A stretch of 64,000 nt of DNA from Octopus vulgaris (GCA_951406725.2 OX597838.1:42842001-42906000); one strand, 5' to 3'; positions 1-12,775 are shown, numbered from the stretch's first letter. Numbers and translations: made by a program. The notes: generated by a model not told the origin, from the letters alone.

Positions 1-560
1 TTCCAGTGTTAAATAAAACTGTTGATTGAAGGACAATTGACAGCTCAGACAATAGATAATATAATTCCAGAAGTCAAAGAGGTTCCACTAGATATCTTTA
101 AGAGTCCACAGACATACTATCTGATGCTCAACTACTTGTAGAGGCAACAGGCACAAGGAATTATGATTTTAAAGAAATATGCTTCTCTCATCAACTCTTG
201 GAAAGCATAACAAAAGGAAACACCAGACCTCTTGCTTCAGAGAATTAGATTCCTGTTTACCTGAGATTAGCCAACTGGATTATCAATTCATTTGCAATCC
301 TTTTAGAATCAATCCCCACACCAGTTCCAGACAATCTGCAAGATGAATTCGTGGAATTTTTAAATGATTTCATGGCAAAAGATCTCTTAAAGAACTTCTT
401 AATAAAATTCTGCCGTTTCATGGTGAAGTCTTACCCATCCAAGCCTCAAAGATACTGTTTCCTTCTGTTTAGTGAACAAAGTAATGTTTATAGCCAGAAA
501 CAAATTCTGTACATGACTGTCAAATGAGAATAATATGTGAGTTTGCCACACAGACATTAG
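1..560 (+). mobile_element. Degenerate hAT (Buster/Charlie-like) transposase C-terminal fragment
   Basis: About 274-450 translates NWIINSFAILLESIPTPVPDNLQDEFVEFLNDFMAKDLLKNFLIKFCRFMVKSYP, resembling the WI.NPF...LQ.E...ND...FW....SYP pattern before the hAT dimerisation domain. Interrupted by stops and frameshifts. Confidence 0.5.
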
Positions 561-1662
561 ATTTAATAAAACTGATACAAAAGCACAAAGTTAGGAACTT
601 GGTGGTGGTGGTCAGGGGACACTTGATTAAATCAAACCCAGGATTTTACTGTTAACTTATTTCCTTGACTCTGGAAGAGTGAAAGGCAGAATTAACTACG
701 GTTAAATTTAAACAAAAATATTTGATAACTAGTCTAGAAAATTAGAGAATTCTAGTGTTGAACTTGGGCCTTCATGGTGAACAATGTTCCGTAGAAAACC
801 TCACCACACACATATAAAAAAAAAAATCTTTCAGCAAAATAATTTTGGGCAGATGTGAATTTAAGCAAAAAGTATTTGAAAACTAGTTGAGAAAATTTGG
901 ACATTTTTGTCCTTAACCCAGGAGCTCGTCGTGCAAAAATATTTGTCGTCTCTTTTGACTGTTGACAATTGCCACTTATTGTCTGCCTAAGACAAGACCA
1001 ACGATCGTGGTCAAGACGAGGTTACTTCCCTTTGAAAGCATAACATTCGAACGCATGCCATGACAATATTAGATTTCTTAACAGAATACATGTCAATTAG
1101 AACAGGGATTCTTTTCCCTCCGGTTTCACTCTTTAAGTACTTGTCTACCTTAAATGCTGGCCAACTCAACAGCTCTCTTCTAAAACTACATTCATATCCT
1201 CTTTTTATAAAAACTTTGCATTTCTCCAAGAAAACTTTTAGCTGTCATCCATAAAAAAATAAAAAGGGCCATTGCAGACCCACCCCAACTTAGTATTTCT
1301 TTTTTTTTTTCCTACAACTTTTGTGCAACTTAAATTCCTCACACAACATGGTACCAACTAATCTCCCTCATCATTACTCAACACAGCTTTTAATTCTTTC
1401 ATCCATTATCTCCGTCTCCCTCATTTACTCAGCTCCCTTATCCAACACTAATTACATATTTCCATCTAAGATAATTACGCACTCATTTTAAAAATTAACT
1501 CACAATAACTCTTCATAAAACATATTACACCATTCATCTGAAATTATGAACTTCTCTTACAATTTCTATCTCTTTTGAACTATGACAGCTGTAAGTTGCC
1601 AAAAATTAATTCCTAACCTCCAGCGTTACATTCAATCCATAGAGTTATTATCAGTTTTAACA

Positions 1663-1699
<37 letters not shown>

Positions 1700-3425
1700 C
1701 AATGATTTACAATTCAGTTATTTCACTGTCTTTACTGGTTCCTTTCTCATTTCACCAATTCACTTCGTATTATCTCCCCTTGACCTACACTTGAAACTTC
1801 ATTATCAAGAAACATTTTAATTAAGCCATTCGTTATCTTACCCTAAATTAATCAACAGCCTCAGTAATACAAATACAATTGAGTCTTTAACCCTTAAACA
1901 CTTTTAAAACATCATTGAAAAGTCATTTAGCTTTTAATAACAATAACGAGATTATTGTATACAGCATGCTGGTGTGCTAGAATTGGTCAAAAAAGGGATA
2001 CAAGAGGGAACAGGGAGCAATGGGCCATGTAAAGGGAGACAGCCAAAAGAAGAAGCATGGAATAGGGGACAAAGTACAACATGACAGGAAAGGGAATAAA
2101 GAAAGGGACATAAGTACATCAGCAGTAGTGAGAAACCAACTGGAAATCTATGTTTATTAATTTTAAGATAACAATTCCATCGTCCTTTCGTTAAGAAAAA
2201 AAAAAAAAAAAAAGGGCTTGTATCAGCCCCTCCTCTAAGTTATTTCAGTTCAACTGTTAGGGCAGACATGGCTTCAAAATGAATTCATATAATTAAATCA
2301 ATCACCAAAATTCATTTCAAATATTAGCTTATCCCATTTTTTTGTCCTGTTAGAACAGCACAATCTCCCCACCCAGCCCCTTGCATTTGGTGCTATTTCA
2401 CCTCCTTCCATGGCCCTCTACCTTGAAGGAACACTCTCACCATTCGCTTCTCTCTTTCAAGCTTCAGCAAGACACTTGTCTCTGTCTCTCCACCATACTT
2501 TCACCCACCCCAATACTACATCCCTACCACTCGGTTGAGGGTGCCTCGTCTTGTGAGTTACTTAGCGACCTCGTTAGTGCAGGTGTCATTTAAAAAAGCA
2601 CACAGCACATTGTGTGGCGTGTTTGGCATTAGGAAGGACATCAAGCAGTAGAATGCATGCGAAAGCAGACATTTAGGGATTGACACAGCCCTACGGCTCA
2701 TGGGTTCCTGTAAAATCATCCGATCCATGCCAGCATGGAAAACAGACGTTAAATGACAATGATGATGATGATGATGATGGAGTGCAGGATGAGGAGGGGG
2801 CGGAGAAACTATAGAACCTGATCAAGCGAATATCATTGGAGCTCTCTGCATTTTGTGATTTGTGTTAGAAGAACAGTAGGTTGTGATGGTACAGCTTAGC
2901 TTGAAAGGGTGGTAGGGATTGTTATGCCAAGGCTTTGGGGTTTGGCCTAAAAAAACAACAACCCATTATTATTGCTAGGCAGAAGTGGTAGAGCATTGGA
3001 CCAAATTCCTTGCAGTGGTTAGTTACTTCCCTTTATCTTCTGGGCTCAAATCCTCCTTCGGTCACTTTCACCATTCATCCTTCTGTTGTCGCTACTAAAT
3101 ACAGGCACAGGTGTGGCTCTGGGGCAAGTTTTATTCCCAATCAGATGAATTTCAGTGAAATCAGCAATGTTAAGGTATTGCATCTTCATTAAAAATAATA
3201 GTAATTACTATAATTCAGGTGAAGATCTGGCAGAATCCTTGGCACGCTGGACTTAGTGACATTTCATCCATCTTTACATTCTGAGGTCAACTTTGCTTTC
3301 ATCCTTTTGGGGCTCAATAAAATAAGTACTACTTGACCACTGAAACTGATGTCTTTGATTTATCCCTCCCCCCATAACTGCTGGCCTTGTGTCAAAATTT
3401 GAAACTATTATTATTATTACTAAGA

Positions 3426-3848
3426 CCACCATCTGAGCGTGATCGTTGCCAGAGCAGGTAACTGGCTTCTGTGCCGGTGGCATGTAAAAAGCACCATTCA
3501 AGCGTGGTCGTTACCAGTGTTGCCTTACTGGCACTTGAGCTGGTGAAAAAAACATTCGAGCAAGGTCATTGCCAGTGCCGCTGGACTGGCTCCTGCGCAG
3601 GTGGCACGTAAAAGACACCATCTGAGCGTGGCCGCTGCCAGTACTGCTTGTCTGGCTCTTGTGCTGGTGGCACGTAAAAGCACCCACTACACTCTCGGAG
3701 TGGTTGGCATTAGGAAAGGCATCCAGCTGTAGAAACTCTGCCAGATCAGATTGGAGCCTGGTGCAGCCATCTGGTTCGCCACTCCTCAGTCAAATTGTCC
3801 AACCCATGCTAGCATGGAAAGCGGACGTTAAACGATGATGATGATGAT
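3426..3848 (+). mobile_element. RTE-type 3'-UTR fragment with about four internal ~65-bp tandem units and (GAT)n tail
   Basis: Repeated unit 'cgttgccag...ctggc...gtgccggtggcacgtaaaag', followed by 'gtggttggcattaggaa' and 'aacccatgctagcatggaaa...gatgatgat'. This tail is shared with the RTE at 5650 and occurs many times in the window. Confidence 0.7.
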
Positions 3849-4523
3849 TATTATTATTATTAAGGTGGTGACTTGGCAGAATTGTTACCATACTGAACAG
3901 AACACTAAGCAGCATATTTTCTTATTTCACATTCCAAATTCAAACTCAACTTAGCTTTTCATCTTATTACCTTTGCCTTAGCGAAGGCAGAGGTAGTATT
4001 TTTGGTCACATTTGACTGTTTGTTTGTTCATGGACATGATATCTCAAGAACTGCAGGATGGATTTGAAACTTTCAGGGATGTTTGGCTTCATGACTGGCA
4101 CGAACTGATTAGATTTTGGGAATGATCCGGTACTGAACAAGGATTCTGGATTATTTTTCGGTTTTTTTTTTTCCCCTTAATTTTTGAGAGCGGTCAGGTT
4201 CATTTTTAGTATTCTTGTTTGTGAGAGTAGTTGAGTTTATTTTAGATATTCTCATTTTAAAAATCATCTCTGACTAATTGTTGAGAGGATGTTGGTGTTG
4301 CCATGAAAATGGCAAAGAGCTGGCAGAAAGTAGGGAGAAGAATTTACTGGTTTTAGTCATGTTCCATATCTCCACATTCTTGACTAAAATACCAGATTCC
4401 ACTTTGTCTTTCATTCAACCAGGGTTGATAATATTTGGTAGAGATAATCAGATATATATATGTTCTTCTAAATGAGGCGTTGCACCTAAAAAATGGTTCA
4501 TTAAACTGTTGTCACTACTATAC

Positions 4524-5335
4524 AGGCACAGGTGTGGCTGTGTGGTAAGAAGCTTGCTTCACAACCACATGGGTCTAGGTTCAGTTCCACAGCATGGCAC
4601 CTTGGCTAAGTGTTTTCTACTATAGCCCCAGGCCAACAAAAGCTTTGAGTGTATTTCATACACAGAAACTGAAAGAAGCCCATTGTCTGTCTGTGTAACT
4701 ATATATTTGTTCCCCATCACCATATGACAACCAGTGTTGGGCTTAATTACATCCCTGTAACTTTGCAGTTCAGCAAGAGATCAATAAAAAAGTGCCAAGC
4801 TTTAAAAAAAAGTACTGAGGTTGGTTCGTTCAACTAAAACTGTTTGAGGCAGTGCCCCAGCATGGCCACAGTCCAATGACTGAAACAAGTAAAAGATAAA
4901 AAGATTAGCACAGTGGAGAGATGGCAGAGTGTAGAACGTTGGGAATACTTGTTTTTTTTTGTTATTTATATATTGGTGGCTGTGTGGTAAGTAGCTTGCT
5001 TACCAACCACATAGTTCCGGGTTCAGTCCCACTGCATGGCACCTTGGGCAAGTGTCTTCTACTATAGCCTTGGGCCGACCAAAGCCTTGTGAGTGGATTT
5101 GATAGATGGAAACTGAAAGATCAATGTATATATATATGTGTGTGTTTGCCCCCCCCCCATCACTTGACAACCGATGCTGGTGTGTTTACATCCCCATAAC
5201 TTAGCAGTTCAGCAAAAAAGTCCAATAGAATAAGTATTAGGCTTACAAAGAATAAGTCCTGTGGTCGATTTGCTCGACTAAAGGCAGTGCTCCAGCATGG
5301 TCACAGTCAAATGACTGAAACGAGTAAAAGAATAG
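4524..5335 (+). mobile_element. Two copies of the tRNA-derived SINE (family A)
   Basis: A-box-like TGGCTGTGTGG and B-box-like GGTTCAGT(T/C)CC, core 'ggcaccttgggcaagtgtcttctactatagcc', 3' 'cagcatggccacagtc.aatgactgaaac'. Copies at about 4524-4900 and 4975-5335. Confidence 0.8.
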
Positions 5336-5649
5336 AATGGTGGTTGAGGAGAAATCAGCAGCGCCAATGGCTGTCCGCAGGATTTCTGGTACTGGAGAGA
5401 TTGACGATAATGTTCCACTTAAATACTGCAAGTCTACAACTACAGGAAAGAGAGGTTTGTGAATAGGGGTTAATAAGGGGTCAGGAAACATGGACATAAA
5501 TACAGGGGTAGACATGACTTTTTTTTTATTATTTTTAATCAGCAGAAAGTTATAAAACTCAGAGTTTCAGTTTGTAAGTGCCATGCATGATTCTCTGAGC
5601 TCTTGAGATACTTTCATAACTGATGATTAAAAATAATAATAATAATAAA

Positions 5650-6555
5650 GGTGGAGGGAACCTGTGGAAGAGGTAGACCCAGGAAGACATGGGATGAGGT
5701 GGTGAAGCATGATCTTTGAATGTTGGGCCTCACAGAGGTAATGGCAAGTGACTGAGGACTTTGGCGATATGTCGTTCTTGAAAAAATCCATCAAGCCAAG
5801 TGAGATTGTAGTCATGGCTGATGCCAGTGTTGCATAACTAACCCATTAAAAGCACCCTTCAATTGTTGGGCAATTGCTGTGCCTGTGAAGACCTGTTGAG
5901 CTGAGTGAAATTGTAGTCACGGCCGATGCCAGTGCTGTTTGACTGGCACTTGTGCTGGTGGCATATAAAAAGCACCTTTTGAGTGTTGGGTCTCATGGAG
6001 ACAGTGACAGGTGTCAGAGATCTTTGGCAACATGAGACGGTGCTTGTGTAAACCTGTCAAGCCAAATGAGACTGTACTTGTGACCGATGCTGGTGTCAGG
6101 TCAATGGCACCTGCGCTGGTGGCACATAAAGAACATCCACTACACTATCAGAGTGGTTGGCATCAGGAAGGGCAAGTGAAATCATAATCGTGCTGGTGGC
6201 GTATAAAGAGCTCTTTTCGAACATTGGGCCTCACGGAGGCAAAGTGAGTGAGTTCCTTTTGAGCATTGGATCTCATGGAGGCTGAGTCCCTTTCGAGTGT
6301 TGGACTTAATGGAGGCAATAACCTTTAGCATTATGTTGTGCTTGAGAAGAAGTTCACCAAACTGAGAAAAATCACAGTTGTGACAGATACCAGTGTCACG
6401 CAAATGGCACCCATGCTGGTGACATGTAAAAGCACCCATTACACTCTTGGGGTGATTGGTGTTAGGAAGGGCATCGGGCCATAGAAAACCATACCAAATC
6501 AGACTGGGGTCTGGTGCAGCCTTCCAGCACAGACAATGGACATTAAATGATGATG
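5650..6555 (+). mobile_element. 5'-truncated RTE-clade LINE (ORF C-terminus plus 3'-UTR)
   Basis: Translates VEGTCGRGRPRKTWDEVVKHDL*MLGLTEVMASD*GLWRYVVLEK, the RTE C-terminal GRP..W and DR..WR motifs. A repetitive UTR ending in GAT repeats follows. Confidence 0.8.
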
Positions 6556-6959
6556 GAGTCGATAGCATCGACTGAACATCCCTGCCCCTCAAAGTTGTTG
6601 GCTTTGTGTCTAAATCAGAAACCCTTCACATACACAGGAAATTGTCAGTATTCTTTATCCTCTCTCTCTCTCTGATGTCCCAAATTTTTCAGACCAAGAT
6701 TTACAGCCAAAAATTCCATTGGAGATGCAGCAGGATTTAGAAAGATGCTGTCAACGTCTGAATGTTTACGCTATACCCTACATTGACTTGTATCCTCAAG
6801 AACAGAGTTGATAAAACATCGACCATTTAGAGAGTGTGTTTTGATTCAAAACACACTTCTATAACAACCTAAGATGAAAGGTGAAATAAATATCAGGGCT
6901 GCTATGTCGCACACAGAAACTGCAGGAGCTACTCATGGGTTTTGCAAGCTCTACTAAAT

Positions 6960-7310
6960 ACATCACAATGCTGGAGGTCCTTTTTTGTTGTCAGCAGGTA
7001 TCTCAGGTCACAAGCATTTCATCCCTTAATCTGTACGCATCACCTGAGTGAGGTAGTGAGGGCTGAACTAATTTTCACCTGTGGAAGGGTTTCACTTGCA
7101 GTCTCTCATCAACCAAAACCACCTCCAACTCGTTTCAGTTGCCAAGCCCGTCTCCTTGGTGGCTTTCTTCAGAGAGGTCTGAGTTCCAGACCTATCTTCT
7201 GTAGGAAACGGTGCACCAATCTAACTGGAAAGCCAAGGCAGCTGACTTCAAAGGGGAACAAGGCTGCATGCCATCCCTTGACAACAGCCTCATCAACCAA
7301 GTCTTTCACT
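6960..7310 (-). mobile_element. HERO-like (restriction-like endonuclease) non-LTR retrotransposon 3' fragment
   Basis: Minus strand reads KDLVDEAVVKGWHAALFPFEVSCLGFPVRLVHRFLQKIGL, frameshift, LKKATKETGLATETSWRWFWLMR. This resembles the GW...PVEVGCRGF...AE.SS.WLW C-terminus of HERO elements. Confidence 0.6.
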
Positions 7311-7491
7311 ACCTGTGATATTTAGATTTAGTGGGGAGCCAGATTAAACACACGGCCATATTTAGTCCTTTCACATTCAAAATAAAATTGATTCATAAAC
7401 TATGAACCAATATTTGTGTCAGTTCAGTGGACATAAGTGATCTTGTCCAAAGTTAGAAATCATTATTATTATTATTATTATTTAAAGCAGT

Positions 7492-9430
7492 AAGGTGACG
7501 AGCTGGCAGAATAGTTAGCATGCCAGGCAAAATGCTTAGCAGAATTTCACCAATTTCTGTTCTGAGTTCAAATTCCAAGGTTGACTTTGCCTTTCATCCT
7601 TTCAGGGTTGATAAAATAAGTACCAGTTGAACACAGAGTTCAATGTAATTGACTTATCCCCTCCCTCAAAATTGCTGGCCTGGTGCCAGAATTTGAAACC
7701 ATTATTAACCCATTCGTTACCAACCTGGCTGAAACCGGCTCTGGCTTTGAGTACAAATGTCTTGTTTTCATAAACTTTGAATTAAAATCTTCTACCAAAC
7801 CTTTGTCACAATTTATGTTCCTAACACTAGCTGAATGATAACCAAGTTATTTTACTAAATTCTTTGTTATATTTAAAGTAATTAAAAGAAACACAGAGCA
7901 TCTCAAAATTAATTCAGTAACGAAAGGGTTAAGACGGTGCTGTTAGCCAGACCAAATGTTCAGTGGCATTTTGTCTGTCTTCATATTCTAAGTTCAAATG
8001 TTGCAGAGGCTGAGCTAATGAACTAGCCCCCTCCCCCCAAAATTTCAGGCCTTGTGCCCATAGAAGAAACAATTATTATTTATTATTAAGATGGTGCAAC
8101 AGACAGAAGCGTTAGTGCTTTGCAAAAACTACTGTGGCATTTCTTCCAGATCTTTCCTTTCTGAGTTCAAACTCCACTGAGGTCAGTTTTGACTTTCATC
8201 ATCCTTTTAGGGTTGATGAAAATAAGCCACAGTTGAGCTTCTGAGTCAATACAATCAAAACCCTCCCTTCAAAATTGCTGGCCTGGTGCCAAAATTAGAA
8301 ACAATTATGATCATCCTCATTAGGGTGGTGGAACTGGCAGAATCGTTAGCATACAGGGCAAAATGCATCATGGATATTTCTTCCAATTCCTTATGTTCTG
8401 AGTTCAAATCCTGCCAAAGTTGACTTTGAAATTCATCCTTTCAAGCTCAATACAATAAAGTACCAGTCAACTATTGGGTTCCATGTCATTAACAAAGCCC
8501 CTCCCCTCAAAACTGCCAGCCTTGTGCCTAAATCAGAAAATGTTATTTTTCCACCTAGCTTTTTAATGTTCTGAGTTCAAATCCTGCCAAAGTCGACTTT
8601 GTCTTTCATCCTTTCAGGGTCGATAAAATGAAGAAATAGTTGAGTACGAGGTTCATGTAACCAATTTGCCCCACCCTTCATAAATGCTAACCTTGTGTCA
8701 AAATTAGGAAGTATTATTAGTATTAGTATTAACACCATCACCATCACCACCAACACCACCACTACCACTTCTACAACTTCCTAACAGTGTTTTCTACATC
8801 TTTATGTTCTGAGTTCAAAGTCTGCTGTGGTCGACTTTGCCTTTCATCTTTTTGGATTCAATGAAATAAATACCGGATGATTATTGGGGTTTGAAGTAAC
8901 CGACTTACTCGCCTCTCCTGAAACTGCTGGTCTTGTGTCAAAATTTGAAGCCACTACTACTACTACTACTACTACTACTAATGCTGCTGCTGCTTAACAG
9001 CATTTTGTCTGTCTTTACATTCCGAGTTCAAATTCTGCTGAGGTTGACTTTGCCTTTCATCCTTTCAGGGTCAAAAAAATTAGCATCAGTTAAGCAATGG
9101 TGTCAATGTAATCGAGTAGCTCCCACCTATCCCCACAAAAATTTCAGACCTTGTACCTAGAGTAGAAAGGATTATTATTAATAATAATTATAATAATACT
9201 AAGGTGAGGTGGAAGAATTGTTAGCACACCAGGTGAAATGCTTAGCTGTGTTTTGTCTGTCTTCACACGCCGAGGTTGACTTTGCCTTTCAACCTGTCAG
9301 GGTTGATAAAAGATGTACCAGGCAAGTATTGGGGTCGATGTAATCGGCTATCCCCTTCCCTCACAATCGGCTATCCCCTTCCCTCACAAGTCAGGCCTTG
9401 TGCTTGTAGTAGAAGGAATTATTATTATTA
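7492..9430 (+). mobile_element. Head-to-tail array of about eight Nin/Deu-domain SINEs (family B)
   Basis: Repeated ~200-bp unit 'aaggtggtgagctggcagaa...ctgagttcaaat...gactttgcctttcatcctttc.ggg.cgataaaataagtaccag...aaattgctggccttgtgcc', mostly separated by (ATT)n or other triplet tracts. Confidence 0.8.
7709..7928. mobile_element. piggyBac-like MITE (family P1)
   Basis: TTAA|CCCATTCGTTAC ... GTAACGAAAGGG|TTAA: terminal inverted repeats with a TTAA TSD. Confidence 0.8.
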
Positions 9431-9484
9431 TTAATTTAACAACAAATACAAGCAACTATTTCAAAATTTAGCAACAAAACTTAC

Positions 9485-9586
9485 TATTTAGTGTTTTATG
9501 GTTTAAAATGTTTTCTTGCTGTGATATCTGCAGAAATGTGCCGGATTAAAAAAACTTTCTTCACTGCAGGAATTCCAATGAGGAAG
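9485..9586 (-). other. Candidate 102-nt non-coding exon
   Basis: Acceptor TTTTTATATTTATTTTAACAG and donor GTAAGT. All three frames contain stops. Confidence 0.45.
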
Positions 9587-9723
9587 CTGTTAAAATAAAT
9601 ATAAAAACATCATCATCATTATTTATTATTATTAATTAATTAATCAATTAATTGGTTGTTATACATTACAAACAATTATCATCACCATCATCATCGTTAG
9701 CTCCAAGCCTGTTATCCACTCAC

Positions 9724-9750
9724 TTTAGTAAAACAGATTAAAGTCAAAAG
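9724..9750 (-). other. Candidate 27-nt mini-exon
   Basis: AATTATTTTCATTGCAG|CTTTTGACTTTAATCTGTTTTACTAAA|GTGAGT. Only phase 0 is open (LLTLICFTK). Confidence 0.5.
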
Positions 9751-9988
9751 CTGCAATGAAAATAATTAACATAAGAAATACCATGAGATCACAAGTTTGG
9801 TTTTATTGTATTGAGTTGCTGACTTTGGCTTTCATCCACCCCCCCCACCACCACCACCACCTGACAGTTCTACAGAAACTATCAGTAATATATATATATA
9901 TGTATAACTGGGACTACAGCATCTCACCTGTGTTCTATTGATGATGTTAACAAATCAGGGTCAACACATCATCGGTAAACCTACTCAC

Positions 9989-10000
9989 TTTGAGACAAAT
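9989..10000 (-). other. Candidate 12-nt microexon, or 3' end of a longer exon starting at 10464
   Basis: TTCTTCTGCTTAATTAG|ATTTGTCTCAAA|GTGAGT. An alternative acceptor TTTTTATTTTTAAAAACACAG lies at 10465-10466. Confidence 0.35.
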
Positions 10001-11166
10001 CTAATTAAGCAGAAGAATTTTTTTTAAAATCAAAAATAAAGTGCAATTAAACAAATAAACAAAAAAAAAAGTAGAGTGAAAATGGAACTCAAATTCCATT
10101 AATATTATTATCATAATAATTGTTTAGCATCATGTTGTCGATGATGATGATGACGACCAACTCATCACTTCACTGAGGAGGTAACGAATGTAACAAACGA
10201 TAAGAATTCCTATCAACAGTTATAAATAAAAAGAATTTTCGCTAAAGTAATCTTTAATTAGATAGCAATCCTCAGTTTGTTCAGCACTGCTGCCTCGTTT
10301 GGCTACGATGAAACAGGATAAGAAGCGTGCCAGAGGTCTGAGCTAATCAATACTTCAACATCTCCCTTGCAGTCTAACTTCAAGACAACACGGAGCAAGT
10401 TAACTTCTTCACCTCCTTTTGCTTTCCTACTACTTCCACTTCTTTCCAACTAAATGTAGGTCACCTGTGTTTTTAAAAATAAAAAGACAACATTTGAGTA
10501 GGAGGAAGTCTTCAGATTCTCTGGAAGAAAAGATTTCATCGAATGTAAATTTTACAATAAAATAATGATACAAGAGGCAGAGGAGGTATGATGACGGTGG
10601 TGGAGAGTCTGTTGGATGGACTTCGAAAGAATGGCTGGCACCATGTATCATCCCTGCCTGTCATTTATAAAAAATGCATGACAGAATGACGAACTTTCCA
10701 TCCTCTCTCTCTGTTCACATTTTTGTTGTGAAAATATTTACGAATAATTTTCTCGTTCTTTTCCCCAGTTCTACAAATCTCGTTTCATGGAATTTAATGC
10801 TCTTGAAAAAAGTCAGAACAATATCACCCTATCTTATTCCCATTGCCATACTGTGTCTGTAATAAACAAAAGTTTTGGGGTGGTTTTCTGTTCAAATATC
10901 TCAAAAGATATCTCACTTCAAATTTAATTATTAAATTACCAATTTTTTAAACAAAAAACAAATAAATAAATAAAATAAGATCATCAGATACTTTTATACA
11001 TTATTAAATTCATCACAAATAACCAATAACCAGGAAAACCAAGGAAGCAAATTTTCACCCTCTACAGCTTTAATAAAACCTAACCCTTTGCTCCAGTAAA
11101 AGGAGAGGAGTATCAGCCCAAAATTTATACAAGAAATCTCTCTCTCTCTGTATATATATATATATA

Positions 11167-11290
11167 GACCGGAGTAAACACATAAATGTGAAACAAGGTG
11201 GAAAAAAGAGTACTCAAATACCAGTGGTAGAGTAATATGCTTTATTTTAAGCAGCTTAAATATGCTTTATTTTCTGCTGCTTAAAATAAA

Positions 11291-11291
<1 letters not shown>
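11167..11291. repeat. Short insert in (TA)n with a fold-back, possibly a Penelope-like terminal fragment
   Basis: Flanked by (TA)n on both sides. Perfect 16-bp inverted repeat at 11240-11255 and 11276-11291. Family assignment is a guess. Confidence 0.35.
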
Positions 11292-11335
<44 letters not shown>

Positions 11336-11549
11336 AAACATTTGTCCAAACTAACTTAAAACATAAAAGTGTGAAGCAATCAAGGTACCCGAGAAAAGAT
11401 TAAAAGAAAAAAAAGGGGTGGGGGGACAACTCGACTGTGTTGCAGGCAGAAATAATTGACTGCGATAACAGGTAGTTTATGGAAGAAACAAAATGAGAAG
11501 TAGAAGCAAAGAAAAACAGCAGAGAGAGAAGAGGAGAACAAGAGAGAGG

Positions 11550-11603
<54 letters not shown>

Positions 11604-11924
11604 AATGGAAAATTGTGTGAAAAGAATACAATATGAAGATGCAAAACAAATGGGAAAGAGCAAAGTAGATTGTAGAAGTATGTCTATAAAATTCCAAACA
11701 CATTCCCACTGCCAGCCTCCATCTCTTTTCTCTGCTTGCTAAAAATGATGTCTGAATAAAAATAAAATATTTATTAAACTGACGATCAAATATCAATCTA
11801 TATTTTTCGTCTTGATTCAATTAATCTGAAATAAGTTGTGCTGCTGTTTTTAGAAGTGCTTTCTACGAATTTCCCCAATATTCAGTTGCTTAGAACATTC
11901 AAGTAAATAGGATCAGCAAAGCAA

Positions 11925-11961
<37 letters not shown>

Positions 11962-12106
11962 CAAGCCCACTAAGTGCCATGCACGGAACTTACGGTCCTC
12001 AAGTCACTTTTGTAACTTTGTCTCAATTAAAAATAGTAATAATAAAAGAAAAGAAATATATACACCCATGTTTTGAGTTCCTATTATTCTGTTGGTTCCA
12101 TGAAAC

Positions 12107-12138
<32 letters not shown>

Positions 12139-12239
12139 TAGTATTATTTCTTAACCCTTTATTTAGACTTTTTTTAACTCTGCAATTATGTTTGAACTCT
12201 AAATTACATGCTCCACATTTTACTTGTTCATTCTTTCTA

Positions 12240-12434
12240 ATACATACATGCATACACACACATCATATATATATATATATACACACACACATATATATAT
12301 ACACATACATACATATATATATATATATATACATACATATACATACATACATATACATACATATACATATACATACATATACATATACATACATACATAT
12401 ACATATACATACATATACATATACATACATATAC

Positions 12435-12493
<59 letters not shown>

Positions 12494-12682
12494 CATATAT
12501 ATATACATATATATACATATACATACATATACATATACATACATACATATACATATACATACATACATATACATATATATATATATATATATATACATAC
12601 ATATACATATACATATATACATACATACATATACATACATACATATACATATACATACATACATATACATATACATACATAC

Positions 12683-12714
<32 letters not shown>

Positions 12715-12775
12715 ATACATATATATATATATGTATGTATACACACACACACTCATACACATATTATACATATAT
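12240..12775. repeat. Long compound (TA)/(CATA)/(CATATA) microsatellite
   Basis: About 530 bp of near-pure purine-pyrimidine alternation. It is the source of the YI/HT/CV pseudo-ORFs. Confidence 0.95.

Noticed and set aside
9342-9387. 23-bp tandem duplication in a SINE
   Set aside because: Ordinary local slippage.
7492-9430. Regularly spaced repeats resembling a CRISPR array
   Set aside because: Eukaryotic ~200-bp diverged SINE units, with no unique spacers and no cas genes.
9936-9977. Imperfect hairpin GATGATGT...ACATCATC
   Set aside because: The stem is too short for a pre-miRNA and is built from GAT/ATC triplets. No convincing C/D snoRNA layout.
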